Assembly: GCF_009914755.1 (NCBI RefSeq)
Contig: NC_060936.1
DNA length: 64,000 bases
Strand: one strand, 5' to 3'
Source: the human T2T-CHM13v2.0 reference genome, Homo sapiens
The notes below the pieces were generated by a model, which was given only the letters and a program-made list of their open reading frames with translations, made no database searches and was not told the origin of the DNA. Made by a program: the position numbers and the translations under genes. Positions 56,655 to 64,000 of this stretch are shown piece after piece. Numbering within the stretch: the first letter of the stretch is position 1; every line of letters begins with the position of its first letter.

Positions 56655-57162
56655 GTATCATACTAATTGCATAGAGGTATAAAAACATATAAATTGTGAC
56701 CTCTGCATTCAAGCTCATTAGAGACTAGTAAAGTGGCAGACATGTTAATTTAAATAAATTTTTAACTTATTGGAAATAATTCATGTAATTCATATAATTA
56801 TAAAGAAATTATTAGCTCTTTGACAATGCAACCTTGAACATGGCCTGAAACATGTTGAGATAATAATAATTGTGAACTGAATAAATAAATACATGCATAA
56901 TTAAATGAATGAATGAAATAGCTTTTGTACAATGTATAGGAATTTAAGGGGTGAAGGGCCACTTTTGGCTGAAATTATCAAAGAAAACTTCATATAAAAC
57001 CAATATTTGAGCCAAGTGTTCAAGAATGAGAAGGATATGTGATGGAAAGAGGTCATGGGGACAATATGTAATAATGCTTTACATTTACAAAATTTCTTTT
57101 TCATCAAAAACTCAACAAATTTTTAAAAGTATGTTTACATACTTTCAGTCTTACAATTTCAA

Positions 57163-57338
57163 GGGGATGGTTTCTTCCCTAAAGCCTCCAAAAAGGAATG
57201 CAACCCCACTGAAATCTTGATTTTAGCCCAATGAGACCTTTGTTAGGTTGTTCACATCCAGAACTGCAAGAAAATAAGTTTGTGTTGCTTTAAGCCACTA
57301 AAATTGTAGCAATTCATTTGCAAAAGAAAACTAACACA
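57163..57338 (+). mobile_element. MLT1D-like LTR 3' part
   Basis: agcctccaaaaaggaatgcaacccc ... cttgattttagccca ... ccagaactgcaag ... tttaagccacta ... aactaacaca. Confidence 0.8.
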
Positions 57339-58440
57339 TTAAATACTATGAGAATCAGAATATAACAGTGATGATTGACATTGAAAGCATAAGTATTTTA
57401 AGTAAAAATTTTAGCACAACAAAAACTTTGTTTCTGCTTAGGCTTGCTTTATCTAAAGTCATGCTTAATGTAATAGGTGTTCAATAAATGCTCATCAAAG
57501 GAGAACTTTGGATGGAAATATATAGTGTGTCACTTATTTGATTGTTATTTCTTTGAAACTGTATTGTAAATTAAATAGTCAATATAAAATATTCTGTTGA
57601 ATGAAAGCACTACATTTTAATTCAGTTATTTCAAAAAACATTTGGAAGCTGCATACTTTATATCTTTTAAATTTCCTGTCTTGTCAGATCTCATAACCAA
57701 AGAAATATCTTCAAAACTCTGCTGTTCCACAATCTGGACTCAATTTTTCTACATTATCTTTCTTGGGACCTTTTCCTTCTACTTAATCTCCAAGAAGCAT
57801 AAATGATATACTGCAGTGAGTTAGTAATTCTAGTTTTTTATTCATTCTCTGCATCCTTACTCATTTTTGCTTAGTAGCTATGATAGATGGGAAGGGTTAA
57901 AAAATCTGTCAAGATTAAGTAGTTTTTGAAAGCTATAGTTACCTGCAATAGTGAATGTGGCATGCTAAAGTTGTGATTTCAAAAAGAGAATTTAAAAGCC
58001 TGGTTAGTGTAGCAATTATTTTGGCACATCCTCTAACCCTAGCATTTTATATCATAAGAAAAAAAATGATGCTGCTTAAATTACTCTTTGGCCATTTCAA
58101 TGTACAGGAGCCAGATTAAATGAAATAGAAGTCAGTGAAAAGAATTAGAGTCAAACACTGTATTAAAATAAAATTATTCTCTGCCTCTGCTAATGTTCAA
58201 TAAAAACCTCATTTGAAATAATTGTTCCAGAATGCTATTAAAAATTCTACTTCAATCAGCATTTCTACCAAAGTAATTTTAAAAACTCCTTAGGTTTGGG
58301 GAACTATTCGGTTTAGGTGGAATGGGGCTTAGCTGTCCTGACCAAATCTGATCCTGTAGGCTTCATGGTCTTTCTGAATTCCCTAGGATCTTTAAGACTC
58401 TGAGAGACCAGGGTTTGGTGCAGGTTTCTAAGATATCCCA

Positions 58441-58792
58441 TGATATAGTTTGGCTCTGTGTCCCCACCCAAATCTCACCTTGAATTGTAATAATCCCCAT
58501 GTGTCAAGGGTGTGGCCAGGTGGAGATAATTGAATAATGGGGGCAGTTTCCTCCATACTGTTCTCATGATAATGAATAAGTCTCATGAGGTATGATGGTT
58601 TTATAAATGGGAGTGTCCCTACACAAGGTCTCTGGCCTGCCACCATGTAAGATGTGACTGTTCCTCATTTGCCTTCAGCCATGATTGTGAGGCCTCTCCA
58701 GCCATGTGGAACTGTGAGTCAGTTAAACCTCTTTCCTTTATAAATTGCCCAGTCTTGGCTATGTCTTTATTAGCATTGTGAGACCTAATACA
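58441..58792 (+). mobile_element. THE1 (B/C-like) solo LTR
   Basis: tgatatagtttggctctgtgtccccacccaaatctcaccttgaattg ... gccatgtggaactgtgagtc ... ctaataca. Confidence 0.93.
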
Positions 58793-60850
58793 CCCTAGTT
58801 CAGATTCAAGTCAATTGAGTTCAACCTCAATCCAGGTTTGACTAGACCAACTTACTCTAATCCATACTAAATGCTCAACCTTCCATGTATTCATCTATCC
58901 ATCCATTCATTCATCCAACCAACCAATAAGGAAAAATTAGACTTTCCATTGCACAAGAATGTAAGTAACACAAGTCACACGTTTGGTGGTGCCACATTAG
59001 CCATTTTATTATTAGATTTGGTGACTGCATATGCTAATTTATCTATGGTAGCCTCAGGATTTTTGTTTGTTTGCTTGTTTGATTTTCTCCTTCTTAGACA
59101 ATGCATCCTGATTATTTGTCTGGAGAAGAGGTGTACCATGTTTTGGAGATATTCATGACATACTTCCACTTCTCTGGGAAATCAAACACTACAGAAAAGG
59201 AGTTCCAGTGAGGGCCAAGATCAAGCAACAGTTTAGTTTGGAATATAGTTCCTAGGCCTCCTTAGAATCTACTGATTTTGCCTTATTCTCTTTCTGCATT
59301 TCTATTTGTTTTGTTTTTCCAGAGGGAGAGATTCATTCTTTTTCTCTCTGTCTCTTAATCCTCTACAGTTAGAGATGAAAGATAGTTTATTGTGTTACTT
59401 TTGCTATCCTGGGAAAACCAAAATGTAGATAATTGAGGCTTTGGGGAATGCTTTTCTATTTTCCCTGATGTTTTTTTCTCTCTATTGGGGTTGCCTCTCA
59501 CTATAATTTCTATGCTTCTTTTAACATCTGTAAAGACCTGGAGAGCTAAGATAAGGGGACTGATTTATGGGAAAAAAGGGATTTTTTAGGCAAGAGACAA
59601 AAATACTGTATCTGGGCTTCCTGCAGCTAGGGATTTTGCATTATAGTAACAAATAGCGTGCATTTCCTTTTGAATAGCTCCCTGCTGAACTTGAGCAGCA
59701 GTAGAATATAGATGTAGAACATTGTACGGTCTCAGCATGACTAAGAAGAGAAAAATAAAATTTTCATCCTAAACATTATAAATGTAACAAACACCTTGAC
59801 ATTTAAGTACAGCTGACTATATGTTTGGCCCAAATGTTTGGAAAAAACATTAACTCCTTGTTTTTTTCAGTTTCAATTGGTTTGGCACTAGAGTTTTCAA
59901 GGTAGAGTTTTCAAGGAAAGTCATACATTTATTACAGATACGTGATACAACTACAAGATTAATTTGTACTACCTTAATATTCTTTTTCCTGCATTTATTT
60001 ACTTTTCACTCTACATATAACGAATGGTATATGTAACTCAGTTTTGGAGAAAATTGCAAAGTTGGTGGCATTCATATTTTTTATCTCTGCTAATTATCTG
60101 GTATCCTCACGGTATTCTGAGTGGTCTAACATCTCCAGAGCAGGTTCTTCCAGGATGATAATTCGTATGAATTTAAAGCTGAAAGGCACAGGAATTTGGC
60201 ATGGGGGAAATTGGACATTCCATAAATGAACAAAGGTAGGTGGTTACTTTCTCCAAGTATAAATATTGATCTTGTTTATAAAACCAGAAACATATTGAAT
60301 GTTGATTGTGTTGTTTTGCCTGAAAAGAATGCAACATTTTTACTATGAAAATTAGCAGCACTGGTAGCATTTTATTATTCCAGGTGTGTTCAATTTTCTT
60401 ATTTTTATAAATTACTTTGTTCATCTATATTCAAATTATTCACTGACTATATGTAATTTTCTGTTATGTTTAAATTTCTAATATTTAACAACTGCACTGT
60501 CTGTATGTTTCAGAAGAATTACAAGAGCTCAGAGGTAGAAAGGAAAAAGGTAATTTTTCTGTTTACCAAAAGCAGTTTTCCTAAAATATCTTTCTCAAAT
60601 AACTGACAAGTATCACCAAAAAAAAAAAAAAAATCCTTTTAAGTTACTTGTCAGTTTCCATGCATTTACCTTGAACCTAAATGGATTTTTCTATGGCAAT
60701 AATCCTGAGCTTATCAGTAACCATTAATGGATATTTTTTAAAATATGATGAGAAAGCATTTCATTCAATTTGAAGCCTTATATTCAGCAATGGCTCATCA
60801 CCCAGAGACAATCTTTGTGTGTAACCCACTGTGATTAATAGCAAAATTCC

Positions 60851-60854
<4 letters not shown>

Positions 60855-60898
<44 letters not shown>
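60855..60898. repeat. (TG)22 microsatellite
   Basis: Direct read. Confidence 0.99.
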
Positions 60899-60900
<2 letters not shown>

Positions 60901-62515
60901 CTCCAAGGGTGATAAAGGAAGCAGGGAGAAAAGACTGAGAATGGTATAAGGGAGGAAGAATGAGAAAAAGATTCTATCAATTTGAGATTTAGGGAATATA
61001 AAAAGAGCTTAAGCTTGATGACTAAAATCTAAGACTGTAACCTGGCAATTATGAGTTGGAAAGTATTCATGTAATTTATGAGTAACCCTATTTTTGGCTT
61101 AAAACACAATTCAAAGGAATCACTCACTGCTTGAAAGAAAGCCCAGGTATATTGGCACATTCACTAAAAACAACATTTCTATAGTGCTTCCAGCAGCTCT
61201 TTATTACTGAAAGGAATACAAATGGAAAATCTCCCTCACTTGGGACTTCAAAGATAGCTACCTGTAGGCATTTTACCTTTTTAGTGTTAACAAGATGAAA
61301 TAATATTCTATGAAAATTTATTTTTTTTCCTTTTTTCCTGTAAGATTTGTAATAGGATGGCTTAATAAATTATGATATTTTCCTTATGGGTTAACTATTT
61401 CTAACATGTGCTTAAGCTGAATTTTCATGAAAATGTTTTTCGGAAGGTACAATGAAGCTATTCTAAATCTGCAGTTCTGTAAAATTCAGAAAGAAGCTGT
61501 TTAAATGGAATCATCATGTCTTTGCTTCCTCCTAAGCATTTCTCTGACGTTCGGAATAATCAAGACCTCTGGTGAAAACAGTTTCCGCATTCACCTTGAG
61601 CATGATTGATGGTGATATGAGGTTGCTTTGCTCTTGGAATTTCAGGGAGTTGTGGCATGTTTATGTTGAAAGGTGAGGTCATTCTAACTCTGTAGGAACT
61701 TAACAATCAGCAGAGTGAGTATCTGGGACATAAAACTGGTATTTGATAGATTTTCACTGGAGCCACAAAAGAATGAATCTAGAATGAATGAGTTAATAAT
61801 ATGTGTGTGTTGCAGGAATACTTCCTTAATCCCAGGCAGCTGTCTTTGGAATGGGTGCCCTCTGTCCTGAGAGTTACTATTGGATAAGAAAAATCCAGAG
61901 CAGATTCACCGAATACGCTTGAAATTGGGAAACCAAAATATGCCACCACCAAAGTGTGCTTCTTTGGCATATTTTCAGATGGCTATTCAGAGGGGCTGCA
62001 GACACAGGAATAGCACAGAAAAGCTGTTTTTTTTTTTTGTTTTTTTTTTTGGCGGAGTGGGGGGGCGAGATTTGCATCTGTAGAGGAAAACTACTTTCAC
62101 GAAGTAAACAGCAGATGCAAAGAGGCTTAATCTGAGATCTCCTTATCTGCCTTACCCAGATCTAAGAAAGATTAAGTCTCAGGAAAAGAGGACTAAAGGT
62201 CTGATACTTTCAAGGATTTGACAGAGAAACTTTTACCATGGGCTCCCATCTATTCTTTCTGAAGGCTGCTACCTGAGAAACTTCAACAGCATAACAAGAA
62301 AGCCTTTGCTTGCCATATTCTCCTCCCTTCACCCCCTCATAACCTGTCGCCACCAGCCTCCAGAAACCTCCAACCCCCAATTTCATTCCATAAGAAAATG
62401 CTGTTCGAGCTTCAACTAAGTGGCCTTTCCAGTCTCATATGTTGTTTGACTCCTACGCACATATGCATGCAATAAGCATGTACACCTTTTTCCCTACTAA
62501 TCTGTCAATTGATAT

Positions 62516-63564
62516 TGTAGGGGGCTCAGAAAATGGTACCCGAAAATGAAGGCCTCACACTCTCTCTGACCTTCTCCTGTCAGTCTTTCTTTAACCCTTC
62601 ATTCTCCCCTGAGGCTAGCAATAGAAACTTGACTCCCTCTTCCCGCAAGGCAACTAATAGAAACCAGAACCCCTTTTCCCAAAGCTAGTCATAAAACCTA
62701 AGAATGTTACTCTAACTTTCTTCCTACCTTTCTGTATAAAAACTGGCCATAAAGAAATCTCTGAGTGTTCTGAGGTGGGCAAGTGTACAGAAATCTATCT
62801 GCAAAGCCCAAGGAAGCTGAAAGTTGGAAGAAAGAGACTGACAAATCCAGTTTCTCTGAAAGACACATTTAATAGGGACTTACAGACCAAAGCCATGCCT
62901 GTGTCTTTGGTGGCAGTGAGACAAGATGGTGGAGGTCTGCACCATTACCCCTCAGACCCAGGGCTTACATACCAGAGGGAAATTCTGAAGGGATGTGTTG
63001 GACAATTGAAGCATGATACATTAAAATTGTTTTGACTAATGACAGGATTTACGGTAAGTATATGCTCTCACACAGGAACAATAGATACATTGGAAATCTT
63101 AGAGGGCTTCATGGAACCGGGGTTAATCAGAAGTCATTATGGTGAATTAGCATCTGAGATGGAGTTGCTTTAGCCTCCACTCTGACCTACCTTGTTTGAC
63201 TGTAGGTCATAAGACCTTCATTCCAGAGAGGGTCCTGCCCCATACCCACATGGAAAGAATGCTGCAGAGAGGCTCAGAAAAATCTAAATGGGCAGGCCCT
63301 ACTGGGTTACCCAACTCAATTAGTATTAGATCACATCCTTTTGATCCAATTATATTTCTACATGGCTGTCTATACTTTGTTGAACCTAAGCAAAAAATGG
63401 ACAGTTTCCCCTGCATCTTTGGGTCTTCATTCTGAAGGCTTCCGTGTCACATAAAACTACTATCAAATAAATTTGTATGCCTTAAAAAAACTAATATGCC
63501 TTTTGTCAGTGATTTCCAGTGAAACTTCAAAGAGCAAAGGGGACATTTTTCCTTGGCCCTTACA
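62516..63564 (+). mobile_element. MER39-type LTR, middle element
   Basis: ggggctcagaaaatggtacccgaaaatgaaggcctca ... aactggccataaagaaat[insert]tctgacctaccttgtttgactgtaggtcataagacc ... ttggcccttaca. Confidence 0.85.
62764..63179 (-). mobile_element. LTR47-like LTR, inner element
   Basis: Reverse complement TGGAGGCTAAAGCAACTCCATCTCAGATGCTAAT ... GACTTCTGATTAACCCC; flanking CTCTG repeat at 62759-62763 and 63180-63184. Confidence 0.75.
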
Positions 63565-64000
63565 TTACTTTGCTTTATGGACACAAATTATCGAACCTTC
63601 AAAAGAGGAGAAGTAGAAAAATTCCTTTTGTTTCTATAGTAACAACTGTCATTCCCCGAGACACAGTTAATCCATTAGGGTACTCTTCTCAGAAAAAGAA
63701 ATCTCAAAATGTTGTTTCTCAACACAGTTCTCTAGGCAGCCACTACTGATCAATTAGAGTTGGCATAAGAATTCCAATGTTTGTCTTCCAAGGTCTGAAC
63801 AAATTAGTACAACTTAACTCTAATAGATTTTTTTTAAAAGTCCCCCATTTATTCATCTTTTTAGTAGTACATTATTAACCCAAATTGTCAAAACATGGAC
63901 TGGAAGAAACAAGTATGTGGCAAGTGTAATATTAGGTACTGTTGTTTTTGCCCTAGGTCTTTAAATCAGGTCAATTATACGCGAATCACATGAGGCTCTT

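Larger units (their letters stand above)
61926..63638 (+). mobile_element. MER34-like LTR, outer element (pieces 61926-62515 and 63565-63638)
   Basis: ggaaaccaaaatatgccacc ... gatggctattcagaggggctgcagacacaggaatagc; the U5 remainder ggacacaaattatcgaaccttc matches the 27-kb LTR end. Confidence 0.78.

Noticed and set aside
59889-59916. Perfect 14-bp tandem duplication TAGAGTTTTCAAGG
   Set aside because: Ordinary slippage duplication.
60110-60180. Minus-strand exon-like stretch (FKFIRIIILEEPALEMLDHSEY)
   Set aside because: Weak donor site, unrecognised peptide, no partner exons.

Overview
AT-rich primate (probably human or ape; it carries AluY-type and THE1 elements) non-coding DNA. I found no CpG island, no credible protein-coding gene and no intact RNA gene; the short ORFs are Alu/L1/LTR read-through or chance. 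Roughly half the window is transposon-derived: about 10 Alus, many L1/L2/MIR fragments, MaLR and ERVL LTRs, a decayed ERVL pol-integrase plus LTR16, DNA-transposon MITEs (Charlie1, MADE2, MER85, MER47-like) and a dense cluster of MER4-group (MER34/MER39/LTR29-49-like) ERV1 LTRs. Best-supported unusual structures: (1) a 425-bp poly(A)-tailed, TSD-flanked retrocopy of an unidentified mRNA 3' end (938-1362); (2) a 4.8-kb non-autonomous provirus (46072-50861, minus) with CTTA TSD, a tRNA-Ser-type PBS, an embedded anticodon-less tRNA-Glu copy and a nested MER85 carrying the CSB-PGBD3-type palindrome; (3) a ~430-bp local inversion splitting a MER21 LTR; (4) a twin-primed 5'-inverted L1; (5) a triple-nested LTR at 61.9-63.6 kb. 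Family names come from my recall of consensus sequences, so subfamily calls need RepeatMasker/Dfam confirmation. I cannot support a wholly new biological system from this sequence alone.
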